Assembly (NCBI GenBank): GCA_963774655.1
Contig: CAVZFZ010000007.1
Span: 324,085 to 388,084, forward strand
From: Bryobacterales bacterium
GTDB lineage: Bacteria; Acidobacteriota; Terriglobia; Bryobacterales; Bryobacteraceae
DNA length: 64,000 nt
Reading direction: 5' to 3'
Shown here: positions 1-10,709 of the stretch, piece by piece
How the letters are laid out: every line of letters begins with the position of its first letter
Position numbering within the stretch: position 1 is the first letter of the stretch
Program-made: the position numbers and the translations under genes
Notes under the pieces: generated by a model
The model's input: only the letters and a program-made list of their open reading frames with translations
What the model was told of the DNA's origin: nothing
Database searches by the model: none

Positions 1-1155
1 ATTCGCGTATCCCCAGCGCATCGCACGATCGATCTCCACCACGCGGTCCGAAATCTCCGGAACCATTTCAGCCGAGTAGAGAAACAGGTCGCTGAAGACC
101 TTCCACAAAAACTTCCCCGCGCGATCGGACGAACGCACCAGCGTCCGCAGACGCTCGCCCAAATCTTCAATGCCCTTGGCCGCTTCCACCGCCGGAAAGC
201 GCGGCTTCTGCAGCGGCTGATACTCCAGCGTTTTCCAATCCAGCACCTGGATCTCTTTGTTGTCGCCTTTGCCGGTCTTCTTATAGAACCCCTGCCCGGT
301 TTTATCGCCCAGCCACTTCCGCTCGATCATCTTCTTCTCGAAATCCAGCGGAAGAAACCGATCGCGCCACGGATCGTGCGGCACCGCGCTATAAAGATTG
401 CTCCCCACGAACGCCCACACATCCAGACCTACCAGATCCAGCAGCCGGAAGCTCGCGCTGTTCGGCAATCCAATCAGAGGACCGGTCAGCGCATCCACTT
501 CTTCGACGGTGAAATCTTCTTCCACCATCGTTTTTGCGATGGTGCCGCCGAAAAAACTGCCGATCCGGTTCGCGATAAAGTTCGGCGTATCTTTGGTCCG
601 GACCACGCCTTTTCCTAAACGCCGGTCCGCGAACTCTTCCACTGCATTCAAAATCGCCGGATCTGTGTCCGCCCCCGGAATCAGCTCCAGCAAATGCAAA
701 TAGCGCGGCGGATTGAAGAAATGGGTTCCTAGAAAGTGCCGGCGAAACTGCGGCGAGAAGCCTTCGGAAATCTGCGCCAGCGGAATCCCGCTGGTATTGG
801 TGGAGAGAATCGCGTCGATCTTGCGCGCCGCATCCACCTTGCGCCACAGATCGCGCTTCAGCTCCAGGTTCTCGACCACAGCTTCCAGAATCCAGTCGCA
901 CTCGCCGATCCGGTGCAGATCGTCCTCAAAGTTGCCCGGCTGAACCAGCGCGGCTTTGTCGTCGGTGAAAAATCCCGGAGGCCGCTGCTTGGCGGCGTTT
1001 TCAATTCCCTTGAGCGCCGCCGCGTTCCGATTGGCTTGGCCGGGGACCACAATGTCCAGAAGCAATGCAGGCACGCCCGCATTTGCGAAATGAGCCGCAA
1101 TGCGCGACCCCATGGTACCGGCGCCAAGCACCGCCACACGACGAAGTGTTCTCAT
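1..1155 (-). CDS. 3-hydroxyacyl-CoA dehydrogenase family protein, N-terminal 385 codons (rest lies beyond the window start)
   Basis: My own minus-strand translation from the ATG at 1155-1153 reads MRTLRRVAVLGAGTMGSRIAAHFANAGVP (Rossmann GxGxxG), then ...HFFNPPRYLHLLELIPG... and ...TPNFIANRIG.... The frame stays open to position 1. It is absent from the ORF track because no stop lies in the window. Confidence 0.85.
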   Translation of the reverse strand, partial: MRTLRRVAVLGAGTMGSRIAAHFANAGVPALLLDIVVPGQANRNAAALKGIENAAKQRPPGFFTDDKAALVQPGNFEDDLHRIGECDWILEAVVENLELKRDLWRKVDAARKIDAILSTNTSGIPLAQISEGFSPQFRRHFLGTHFFNPPRYLHLLELIPGADTDPAILNAVEEFADRRLGKGVVRTKDTPNFIANRIGSFFGGTIAKTMVEEDFTVEEVDALTGPLIGLPNSASFRLLDLVGLDVWAFVGSNLYSAVPHDPWRDRFLPLDFEKKMIERKWLGDKTGQGFYKKTGKGDNKEIQVLDWKTLEYQPLQKPRFPAVEAAKGIEDLGERLRTLVRSSDRAGKFLWKVFSDLFLYSAEMVPEISDRVVEIDRAMRWGYAN

Positions 1156-1200
1156 GAAATACCAATTATAGGAGATCCCGCCGGCAGGGCGTCTGATTCT

Positions 1201-1276
1201 GGCCGCAGATGAACGCGGATGGACGCCGATAAGAAAAACTGTGTTATCCGCGTTTATCCGCGTTTATCAGCGGCCA
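1201..1276. repeat. Palindromic repeat, family P1 (GGCCGCAGATGAACGCGGATAA ... TTATCCGCGTTCATCTGCGGCC)
   Basis: Imperfect hairpin. The same element recurs at 5294, 8099 and 30046, with a half copy at 14692. This copy lies in a divergent intergenic region. Confidence 0.85.
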
Positions 1277-1326
1277 AAAGAAATTAACGATTTCTTCCGG
1301 CAGGTCGAAAAGAAATCCAGCACATC

Positions 1327-4300
1327 ATGTTCCGAACCAACAGTGTTTACGCTCTTGTCGTGTTTTCAGCGGGGGTAGGCTTCGCACAAAGTCCCGCCTC
1401 CATTACACTTTCCGCAAGCGCGGAATCCGGGACAGCCGGGAAGATCATGACGTTCCAGGCCACGACCGGCCAAAGAGCCTCGAGCAGCAGGGTCATGTTT
1501 TTCGACCGGGCCACAATACTCGGGACAGCGCCACTGAACGGCCAAGGCCAAGCGAGCTTCTCCACTGCGTGGCTGGCCGCGGGACGGCACTCGGTCTATG
1601 CGGTTGCCCCGGGCGGCGCCAGGTCGCAGGCGACCGAGGTGAAGATGGAACGCGTGCCTTCGAGCAGATTTGGGACCGCCAGGCATTACGCCGCTGGATT
1701 GACGCCGAATGCGCTGGCGCTCGCGGATTTCAATGGCGATGGCCACCTGGATATCGCGCTGGCGGGCGCGAGCGGGATCAGTGTGTTGCCGGGGGTTGGG
1801 GATGGAACATTCGGGAATCCGCTGACGACTGCGGTTGCGTTCCAGTCCACTGCAATCGGCGCTGCCGATTTCGATGGCGATGGAGTGATGGACTTGGCGG
1901 TATCCGATGGGACCACGGGAAAGATCTATATGCTTCGCGGCCTGGGCGACGGGACGTTTCGGGCGCCACGCGTCGTGGCCACGGCAACCAATCCAGTCGC
2001 TCTGGCAGTTGGCGATTTCAATGGCGACGGCGTCGCGGATTTAGCGGTGGCCGACCAAACCGGGAACACTGTGCTGCTGCTGTTGGGCCAGGGTGACGGA
2101 AGTTTTCGAGCGCCGGTCCGGTTAGAAGCGGGTGTGGCCCCGGCCGCGCTCGTGGTGGGCGACTTCAACTCCGATGGGACTGCCGACCTGGCGGTGGCGA
2201 ACTTCGGCAGCAACGACGTAACCATTTTATTAGGAAAGCCGGATGGGACGTTTTCTTCCGGCGTGGCGCTCAAAGTGGGCAATGGTCCGGCGGCGATCCT
2301 CATGAGCGACCTGAACGGCGATGGAATCGAGGATCTGGCAGTCCTGAATCGTTTGGATGCCACAGCCACTGTTTTCTACGGCAAGGGCGACGCAACATTC
2401 CAATCCGGAATCAGCTTGCCCGCGGGATCCACTCCCATTGGAATTGCCGCCGGCGATCTGAACAAGAACGGGTTCCGCGCATTGCTCGTGGCCGACGGCG
2501 CGAAGCTCCGCTGGCAGCAGCTCACCGCTTCCGGTGCACAGCCTGTGGTTCAGATCGATGCCGGAGCGGCGGCCAACGGAATGGCGGTGGGCGATTTCAC
2601 CGGCGACGGCCGTAGCGGCGTTGTGATCGCCGGTCAAGACGGAGTGGTGTGGCACCCGAGGGCTCTCGGAACGGCTTTCCGGATTCTGCTTCCTGGGTGC
2701 CAGAGCACTGCTTTACAGGGCCAAAGTTTCAGTTGCTCGGTGGAAGCGATCGATATCTGTCTGGATACCGCGACCGGCTTTACCGATACCGTGCACTTCA
2801 CCAGCAGCGATGGCGCGGCGACCTTGCCGGCCGATTCCGCATTAAGCCCGAACCCCAAGAGTTTCAACTTTACATTGGCAACGCTGGGAGTCCAGAGCAT
2901 CACTGCCGGCGATCTCGACAACGGTCTGGGTGGAGGAACGGTTCCCGCCTCGATCACAGTGGGGCCCGGTGTTACGCATTTCTCAGTGTCGGCGACCCCG
3001 TCGATAAAAGCCGGAATCCAATTCAGCGTCATAGTGACGGCCCTCGACCAAAACGGGAACACCGTGACGGGTTACACCGGAACCGTACAGATCTCGAGCT
3101 CCGACATTCATGCCCAGCTTCCACTGAATTCCACGTTGGTGAGCGGCGTCGGCACTTTTCTGGTGACGCTCGAAACCGCGGGAACCTCGACGGTCACAGC
3201 GACCGACGTGAGCACCTTGATTACCGGCGCTTCCGGAACCATCGCGGTGGGTTCCGGTTATCCGGGCTTCGTGCATATCGTCACCGGAGCCGACCAATCG
3301 GCGGTAGTGGGAACCGCGTTCCCGGCGGCCTTGCAGGTCAGCGTATTTGACTTCTTCGGGAACCCCTCGGTCGGTACGATTGTGCAGTTCGTGGTTCCGT
3401 TGACCGGCGCCAGCGCGCTGCTGTCGAGTCCCATGGCGTTAACCAATGCCTCCGGTCTGGCCTCGGTCACGGCTGTGGCGAACGTTGTGCCGGGTGCCTA
3501 CCTGGTCGCGCTGCATGTGGGGGTACCCGTGCTGAATAGCCCCAGGCTCCTTCCCAGGGGTGGAGCGCCCTCCATATCGTTCTCACTGGCTAACCTTCCG
3601 AATGTTACCGTTCAGACCTCGGAACCCGGGGTTGCCTTCTCGGTAGACGGGACATCCTACACCACCTCGCAGAGCTTCGGCTTCGCCCTCGGAAGCCACC
3701 ACACCATCGCGGTAGCGCCAACGCAGCCTGGCCCTTCGGGAGGTCAGTTCACATTTTCCAACCTGGAGCGATATTGGCGCCGCCAGCCACTCCATTACGG
3801 CTACCGCAACGCCGGTGACTTACAGCGCAACCGTTGCCCTGCAATACCCGCTCACGACCAGCTCTTCGCCCGAGGCCGGCGGAAAAGTCACGCCCGCTTC
3901 GAACTTCTACAATGCCAGCGCGAGCGTTCCCTTGGTTGCAGCGCCCAATCCGGGCTACCGCTTCGACCATTGGGTTGGCGCGGTGGCGGAGGCTGCCAGT
4001 GCTTTCACTTCGATCGTGATGAGCGGACCGAAATCCGCTGTAGCTTCGTTCCAACTCGTGAACGGGCAAGTCTCTCCGCGAATCCTGAACCTTCATTACA
4101 CAAAGGGCGCCGATCCATCCACCGCCGCGGGCAGTGTGTCGGTGACCACTGCTGACAACAGCGCATTCAGCGTGGTGGCGGCGGATGCCTGGCTCACGTT
4201 TTCCACCAATTCCACAACCACGCCCGCTACTGTGACCGTGAAGCCGAACGTGGCGGGATTGAATACTGGAACTTACAATTCCAGCTTGACGTTCACTTTC

Positions 4301-5279
4301 ACCGACGGACTCCGGGTGCTGCCCGGTAACGCTCACAGTCACGGGTGTGCCGCAGTTGCTCTGGGCCGCAAACCCTCCCGGTCCCCTCAATTTCACAACC
4401 GCGCAATCCAGGGAGATTGTCGTTACTGCGAGCGGCAACAACGTGCCGGTTCAGATCACCGCTTCCGTCTTAGAGGGACATTGGCTCTCCGTCAGCCTCG
4501 TTGGCGACCTCGGCTCTACTCCCCAAGCCGTTCACGTTCGAGTAGATCCGAGCGGGTTAGCGCCCGGCTCTTACCAGGGAACCGTCACCGCTACCTCAAC
4601 CGCTGCCGGGGTCAGCCCGCTGGCCATTCCTGTGACGCTGACGGTGGCAGCGGCGCCGCCCGCGATTTCTGTCGGAGTAATCCAGAACGCTGCCAGTTTC
4701 CACCTGGGCCCGGAGGCGCCGAACACGATACTAACGGCCTTCGGCCTCTATCCGGGCTGCACAACCGGCGCGCTGGTGACCGTGGATGGCAGCCCCACCA
4801 CTGTCTTCTATAGTTCTCCCACACAGGTCAACTTCCTGTTTCCTCAAAGCGTCAGCGGACAAGACTCGGCATCGCTCCAGATTCAATGCGGCGGTCTGAA
4901 ATCGGCAGTGCTCAAGATCCCGGTCCTGAATCTGGCGCCCGCCATCTTCACCGTCGGCCAGGACGGTACCGGGCAAGCGGCCAGCATGAGCACCACCACG
5001 TCGCCCGGCGCGACGATTCAGATTTACGGGACCGGCTTTGGCATGCTCGATCCCGCGGGATCCGATGGCTTGCGCCACCTCGCGCTTACCGTGACCGCCA
5101 CAATCGGAGGCATCCCGGCCACTGTTCTGTTCGCCGGCGAAGCACCCGGCACCACACCCGGACTGCAGCAAATCAACGTCCAGATTCCCGCCAACGCCCC
5201 GTCCGGCACAAAAGTTCCCTTGCAACTGATGGTAGGCGGCGTCACCACCCAGGCGGGCGTCACTTTGTCAATCAACTAA
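1327..5279 (+). CDS. Large secreted FG-GAP/VCBS-repeat protein with Ig-like/WSDGG-type modules and a Solibacter-type C-terminal domain (TIGR03437-like); two apparent frameshifts
   Basis: It has a signal-like N-terminus and repeated DFNGDGxxDLAV motifs. Recognisable protein continues across three track ORFs (1327-4155, 3815-4813, 4347-5279), with frame jumps near 3762 (FSN|WSDIGAASHSIT) and near 4315. The C-terminus (NAASF...IYGTGFG...FAGEAPGTTPGLQQINVQIP) matches my recollection of TIGR03437. Confidence 0.8.
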
Positions 5280-5293
5280 CCAAAACCGATTTT

Positions 5294-5369
5294 GGCCGCA
5301 GATGAACGCCGATGAACGCGGATAAGACAGTCTCTTCTTATCCGCGTTTATCCGCGTTCATCTGCGGCC
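5294..5369. repeat. Palindromic repeat, family P1
   Basis: GGCCGCAGATGAACGCCGATGAACGCGGATAAG...CTTATCCGCGTTTATCCGCGTTCATCTGCGGCC, lying between the FG-GAP gene stop and the aceE start. Confidence 0.85.
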
Positions 5370-5420
5370 AAGAAGCAGCAGTCTACCCACCACCCACAAC
5401 CTGCTATTTTGAAATAGACA

Positions 5421-8095
5421 ATGCTCGAAACAAAAGTCGAATTGCACTCAGACGCGAACCCTCAGGAGACTACCGAATGGCTCGAGTCTCTGGACTCAGT
5501 CCTCGAAGACGGCGGCTCCGAACGCGCCACCTTTCTGCTCGCCCGCCTGATCGATCACGCGGCGCTTTACGGCATCCAATCTCCGCATAAACTTACCACG
5601 CCCTACATCAATACCATTCCGGTAGAAGAAGAAGTCCCCTATCCCGGCGATCGCGAAATCGAACGGCGTATCAAGAGTCTCAATCGTTGGAACGCAATGG
5701 CGATGGTGGTTCGCGCTAACAAGCACGACTCCGGCATCGGCGGGCACATCTCCACCTACGCCTCGCTCGCCACGCTCACCGAAGTCGGCCACAATCACTT
5801 CTTCCATGCCAAGCACGGCGATCAACCCGGCGACTTCATTTACTTCCAGGGCCACGCTTCTCCAGGAATGTATGCCCGCGCGTTCCTTGAAGGCCGCCTC
5901 TCGGAAAAGCATCTCGAAAACTTCCGGCATGAGCTGCGCGCCGAGCCCGGACTCTCCTCTTACCCGCACCCCTGGCTGATGCCGGACTTCTGGCAGTTTC
6001 CCACCGTCTCCATGGGTCTCGGCCCCATCAACGCCATCTATCAGGCGCGCTTCATGCGCTATCTCGAAAATCGCGGCATCATCCCCGTCACCGATCGCAA
6101 GATTTGGGCGTTCTTGGGCGACGGCGAGACCGACGAACCCGAATCGCTTGGCGCCATCACGCTCGCTCCGCGCGAAAGGCTGGACAACCTGGTCTTCGTC
6201 GTCAATTGCAACCTGCAGCGCCTGGACGGTCCGGTCCGCGGCAACGGCCAAATCATTACCGAACTCGAAGCTGCATTTCCGGGGAGCCGGCTGGAACGTC
6301 ATCAAAGTGATCTGGGGATGCGGTTGGGACGAGCTGCTTGCCCGCGACACCACCGGTCTGCTGATCAAGCGCATGGGTGAAGCCGTGGACGGCGAATATC
6401 AAAGCTTCAAAGCCAAAGATGGCGCCTACGTCCGCAAAGAATTCTTCGGCAAGTATCCCGAGCTGCTCAAGCTTGTGGAACACATGACCGACGAACAAGT
6501 CTTTGCGCTAAAGCGGGGCGGCCACGATCCGCAAAAGGTCTACAACGCCTACAAGCGTGCGGTGGAACACAAAGGTTCGCCCACGGTCATCCTGGCCAAA
6601 ACCATCAAAGGCTACGGACTCGGCGAAGCCGGCGAAGGTCGCAACATCACCCACCAACAGAAGAAGCTGAACGAAGACGAGATGGTCTACTTCCGCAGGC
6701 GCTTCGACATTCCGATTCCCGAAGAAACCGTCCACACCATTTCGTTCTACCGGCCCCCCGAGGATAGTCCGGAAATGCGCTATGCCCGGGAGCGCAGCAA
6801 AGCCATGGGCGGAAGTTTGCCGGCCCGTGTAGTTCCGAAAATCGAAGTCCAAGCGCCTCCCGTGGAACTCTTCGCCGAATCGCTCGGCGGATCGCAGGGC
6901 AGGGAAGTCTCCACTACCATGGCCTTCGTCCGCGTCCTCACTTTGCTGTTGAAGGACCATAACATCGGCAAATACGTGGTCCCCATCATTCCGGACGAAG
7001 CGCGCACTTTCGGCATGGAATCGCTGTTCCGCCAGTACGGCATCTACGCCAGCCGCGGCCAGCTTTACAAGCCGCAGGACAGCGAAATCTTCCTGTTCTA
7101 CAAGGAAGCCAAGGACGGCCAGATTCTGGAGGAAGGCATAACCGAGGCCGGATCCATGGCGTCGTTCACCGCCGCCGGGACATCCTACGCCAACTACGGC
7201 GTGCCGATGATGCCGTTCTTCATCTACTATTCGATGTTCGGATTCCAGCGCATCGGCGATCTGGTCTGGGCCTTCGCCGATTCCCGCGGCAAAGGTTTCC
7301 TGATGGGGGGCACCGGCGGCCGCACCACGCTCTCCGGCGAGGGTCTCCAGCACCAGGACGGCCACAGCCTGGTTCTTTCCAGCACCGTCCCCACCTGCCA
7401 CAGCTACGATCCCGCCTACGCCTACGAAATCGCGGTGATCGTGCAGGACGGCATCCGCCGCATGTATCAGCAGATGGAAGATCGCTTTTACTACCTGACC
7501 ATCTACAACGAAAATTATGCCCAGCCCGCCATGCCCGAAGGAGTGAACGAAGGGATCCTGCGCGGCATCTATCGCTTCAAGCCAGCCGATGGCGGCAAAC
7601 CTCAGCTTCATCTGTTTGGTAGCGGCCCAATCCTCAACGAAGCCTTAAGGGCCCAGACCATCCTGGCGGAGAAATATCAAGTCAAAGCCGACGTCTGGAG
7701 CGTAACCAGCTACAACGAACTCCGCCGCGACGCCCTGGAAGTGGAGCGCTGGAACCGCCTGCACCCGGCAGATCCGGAACGCAAGCCGTACCTCCAACAA
7801 GCCCTGGCCGGAGCCGACGGTCCCATCATCGCCGCCACCGATTATATGAAGGTGGTAGCCGACCAAATCGCCCCCTGGCTCCCCGGCCGAATGGTATCGC
7901 CTTGGGACGGACGGATTCGGCCGCAGCGAAAACCGCGAGCACCTACGGAAACACTTCGAGAACAGCGCCGAAGCCATTGCAGCAGCGGCCCTATCGCGTT
8001 TGGCAAGAGACGGGAAATTCGATAAGAAACGGGCCAAAGCCGCGATCGTGGATCTGGGGTTGAACCCCGAAAGCCCCGACCCAGTCAAAGCATAA
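5421..8095 (+). CDS. aceE: Pyruvate dehydrogenase E1 component, homodimeric type; two apparent +1 frameshifts
   Basis: The sequence is AceE-like throughout ([43 protein letters not shown]). The frame jumps near 6281 (ELEAAF|[13 protein letters not shown]) and near 7906 (GRMVS|[20 protein letters not shown]). The reconstructed stop is TAA at 8093-8095. Confidence 0.9.
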
Positions 8096-8098
8096 TTT

Positions 8099-8171
8099 GG
8101 CCGCAGATGAACGCTGATAAACGCGGATAAAACAATTTCTTATCTGCGTTCATCTGCGTTCATCTGCGGCC
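8099..8171. repeat. Palindromic repeat, family P1
   Basis: The hairpin starts 4 nt after the reconstructed aceE stop. Confidence 0.85.
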
Positions 8172-8179
8172 AATATCTT

Positions 8180-9094
8180 ATGTTCTACTTCACCGAATCC
8201 GACGTTCAAGAACTACTCCCCATAACCGAAGCCATCCGCCTGATGCGCATGGCTTTCGAGGCTCTTAAAATAGGCCGGGCCGTCAACCAACCACGCCGCC
8301 GACTGATCCTGGAATCCGGCTCGGTCCTGCACAGCATGGCCGGATCCGTCGGCAACTATTTCGGAACCAAGTTCTACTCCACCAACCCGCGCTATGGCGC
8401 TCACTTCTACTTCTTCCTCTACGACGCGAAGACCGCCCAGCCGCTTGCCATGATGGAGGCGAACTTCCTGGGCCAGATCCGGACCGGCGCCGCCAGCGGC
8501 TATGCAACCGACCTTCTAGCGAATCCACAGGCCAAAACCCTCGCCATCATTGGCTCCGGATTTCAGGCCCGAACCCAACTTGCCGCCATTCGCGCGGTCC
8601 GCCCCATTGAACACGTCCGCGTCTGGAGCCGCAGTGAGGAGAAGCGGCTGAAATTTGCCGAGGAGGCCTCGGTGACAGCCGCAAAGTCGGCCGAAGAAGC
8701 CGTGCGCGGCGCCGACATCGTCGTCACAGCGACGAACTCTAAGGATCCGGTTGTCGAAAACGATTGGATCTCGGATGGCACGCTGGTCAATGCGATGGGA
8801 TCGAACATCGCCAATCGCCGCGAACTTCCCACCGATCTCATGAAGCGGGCCGGCTTAATCGCAGTCGACTCGCTCGAACAAGCCCGAATCGAAGCCGGCG
8901 ATCTCATCCTCGCCGATAGCTGGGCCAATGTGGTGGAGCTGCAAAATGTCGAACCGCGCTACGACCCCAACCACGTGACTATCTTCGAATCAATGGGAGT
9001 TGGAATTGAGGACGTCGCTGCCGGAGCTTTTATCTACGAGCGGGCGCTCGCTACTCCTGAGCGATTTGTTGATCGGAATCGCGCCACGCGCTGA
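8180..9094 (+). CDS. Ornithine cyclodeaminase / mu-crystallin family protein
   Basis: 304-aa intact ORF. It carries AIIGSGFQARTQLAAI (Rossmann) and has overall OCD-like organisation. Confidence 0.75.
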   Translation: MFYFTESDVQELLPITEAIRLMRMAFEALKIGRAVNQPRRRLILESGSVLHSMAGSVGNYFGTKFYSTNPRYGAHFYFFLYDAKTAQPLAMMEANFLGQIRTGAASGYATDLLANPQAKTLAIIGSGFQARTQLAAIRAVRPIEHVRVWSRSEEKRLKFAEEASVTAAKSAEEAVRGADIVVTATNSKDPVVENDWISDGTLVNAMGSNIANRRELPTDLMKRAGLIAVDSLEQARIEAGDLILADSWANVVELQNVEPRYDPNHVTIFESMGVGIEDVAAGAFIYERALATPERFVDRNRATR

Positions 9095-9269
9095 TCTTCA
9101 AGCGCCGGCAGACCCAGCATAGCTGCTCAACCGCGTTGGGCGCGCAAGGAGCGCTGCACACCGAGCATTTTTCCACACGCGGAATCTGATCGGCGGCAAT
9201 CGCACGCTTGGCTTGATCCAACAGCTCCTGGTCAATCACCGGTTCTGTCGGCGGCAGTTTCCTTTTCAT
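9051..9269 (-). CDS. Small Cys-rich (CxxC...CxxC) zinc-finger protein, function unknown
   Basis: MKRKLPPTEPV...KCSVCSAPCAPNAVEQLCWVCRRLK. I chose the internal ATG at 9269 because the upstream part of the track ORF lies inside a palindromic repeat. It overlaps the convergent OCD gene by 44 nt. Confidence 0.45.
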   Translation of the reverse strand: MKRKLPPTEPVIDQELLDQAKRAIAADQIPRVEKCSVCSAPCAPNAVEQLCWVCRRLKISAWRDSDQQIAQE

Positions 9270-9302
9270 CCTGTGACAACTACAGTAACATGCGCGGCCA
9301 AT

Positions 9303-9488
9303 CTTAGGTAGTGGGTCAGTTTGCAGATTCCAGCGTGGCGCACGCACTCGTGCGTGCCGTGTTCACACTCGTGTGAACACAAAGCGGAATAAGGAGGGAC
9401 CGCGTTCAAGGCGTTCACACGATTGTGAACGCGGCGCGCGTGGGCGCGTGCGCCACGTGGGCATCTGCAAACTGAACCACTACCCAAG
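9303..9488. repeat. 186-bp composite palindrome (MITE-like), family H3
   Basis: The outer arms CTTAGGTAGTGGGTCAGTTTGCAGA / TCTGCAAACTGAACCACTACCCAAG match at 23 of 25 positions. Nested hairpins are GGCGCACGCACTCGTGCGTGCC, GTTCACACTCGTGTGAAC and GTTCACACGATTGTGAAC. The core recurs at 19228-19272. Confidence 0.85.
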
Positions 9489-9490
9489 TC

Positions 9491-9688
9491 TTATGCCGCC
9501 CGATCCATCCGCATGATGTAGCCAGGATCCAGCGACGCCGAACACCGCGAACATTTTTGTCCCGGTTTCACCTTCGCCGTTTTCCCATTGCTCACAATCG
9601 TGCCCTCCACAGTGTGGGTGCAGATGGGGCAATACACAAACCCCTTCGCCTCGAACTGATTCAGATGTGCGTTTGCTAAGCGGGTCAT
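9491..9688 (-). CDS. Small zinc-ribbon protein (CPIC...CSRC), function unknown
   Basis: MTRLANAHLNQFEAKGFVYCPICTHTVEG...KCSRCSASL. A GGAGGAG sequence lies just upstream of the ATG at 9688. Confidence 0.5.
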   Translation of the reverse strand: MTRLANAHLNQFEAKGFVYCPICTHTVEGTIVSNGKTAKVKPGQKCSRCSASLDPGYIMRMDRAA

Positions 9689-9785
9689 CTCTCCTCCTTC
9701 CGTCACAGGTAAAGACGCAGGCGATGACGGAAAGGATTGTAAAAATTATGCAGTGTCTTCGTTACACTGGTTGCTGAACATCCAG

Positions 9786-10709
9786 ATGAAGACAGCATTC
9801 CTGTTTCCCGGCCAAGGTTCTCAATACCCAGGGATGGGCAAAACGTTAGCCGATCGATTTCCAGTCGCGCAGAAGACATTTCAGGAAGCTGACGACGCCC
9901 TCGGCTTCTCGCTATCGAAACTCTGCTTTGAAGGACCCGCCGAATCTCTTCAGCTCACCGAGAACACCCAGCCCGCTTTGCTCGCCGTTTCCGTCGCGGC
10001 GTTTCGCGTGCTCCAGGAAAAAGGTCTCCAGCCGGATTACGTCGCCGGTCACAGTCTGGGCGAGTATTCGGCGCTGGTCGCCGCCGGATCGCTCGACTTC
10101 GCCGACGCTCTGCGCCTGGTCCGCAAGCGCGGCCAATATATGCAGGCGGCCGTACCAGCGGGAATCGGGGCTATGGCAGCGTTGCTCAAGCTGCCCGGCG
10201 GAAAGCTGGATGCCATCCTGGCGGAAGCCTGCCAGGGCGAAGTGGTCAGCGCCGCGAATCTGAATTCGCCCGACCAGATCGTAATCGCCGGACACTCCAC
10301 CGCCGTCCAACGAGCAGTTGAGTTGGCCAAGGCCGCGGGAGCCCGCCGCGCGGTGCTGCTGCAGGTCAGCGCCCCGTTCCACTGCTCCCTGATGCAACCC
10401 GCGCAAGAGAAACTCGCGGCGGATCTCAACGCCACGGAATTTCGCGACCTGGCCATCCCGTTGGTCAACAATTGGCAAGCGGCGTTGATCCACAGCGGCG
10501 CCGAAGCCCGCGAAGGCCTGTATCAGCAGGTCCCGAATCCAGTTCGCTGGACCGAAAGCATTCGCAAACTAGCCACCGAAGGCGCAACGCGCTTCACCGA
10601 AGTAGGCCCAGGCGGCGTCCTTACCGGATTGCTGCGTAACATCAATCCCGAACTAACAGGCGCCAAATTCGGCGAAGCAGATGACAATGTTACCGAACCG
10701 CGACCGTAA
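9786..10709 (+). CDS. fabD: Malonyl-CoA:ACP transacylase
   Basis: MKTAFLFPGQGSQYPGMG, the active-site motif GHSLGEYSALVAAG, and APFHCSLM. The last codons and the stop lie inside a REP element. Confidence 0.9.
   Translation: MKTAFLFPGQGSQYPGMGKTLADRFPVAQKTFQEADDALGFSLSKLCFEGPAESLQLTENTQPALLAVSVAAFRVLQEKGLQPDYVAGHSLGEYSALVAAGSLDFADALRLVRKRGQYMQAAVPAGIGAMAALLKLPGGKLDAILAEACQGEVVSAANLNSPDQIVIAGHSTAVQRAVELAKAAGARRAVLLQVSAPFHCSLMQPAQEKLAADLNATEFRDLAIPLVNNWQAALIHSGAEAREGLYQQVPNPVRWTESIRKLATEGATRFTEVGPGGVLTGLLRNINPELTGAKFGEADDNVTEPRP

Noticed and set aside
6508-7611. Long antisense ORFs opposite clearly conserved genes. Examples are 5496-6374, 6508-7611, 11432-12346, 12648-13523, 21657-22685, 22833-23669, 31427-32335, 32953-34092, 37088-38188, 42528-43499 and 51199-52155.
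   Set aside because: These are typical shadow ORFs of high-GC DNA. Their translations are rich in Arg/Gly/Ala/Pro and carry no family motifs, while the opposite strand encodes recognisable proteins.
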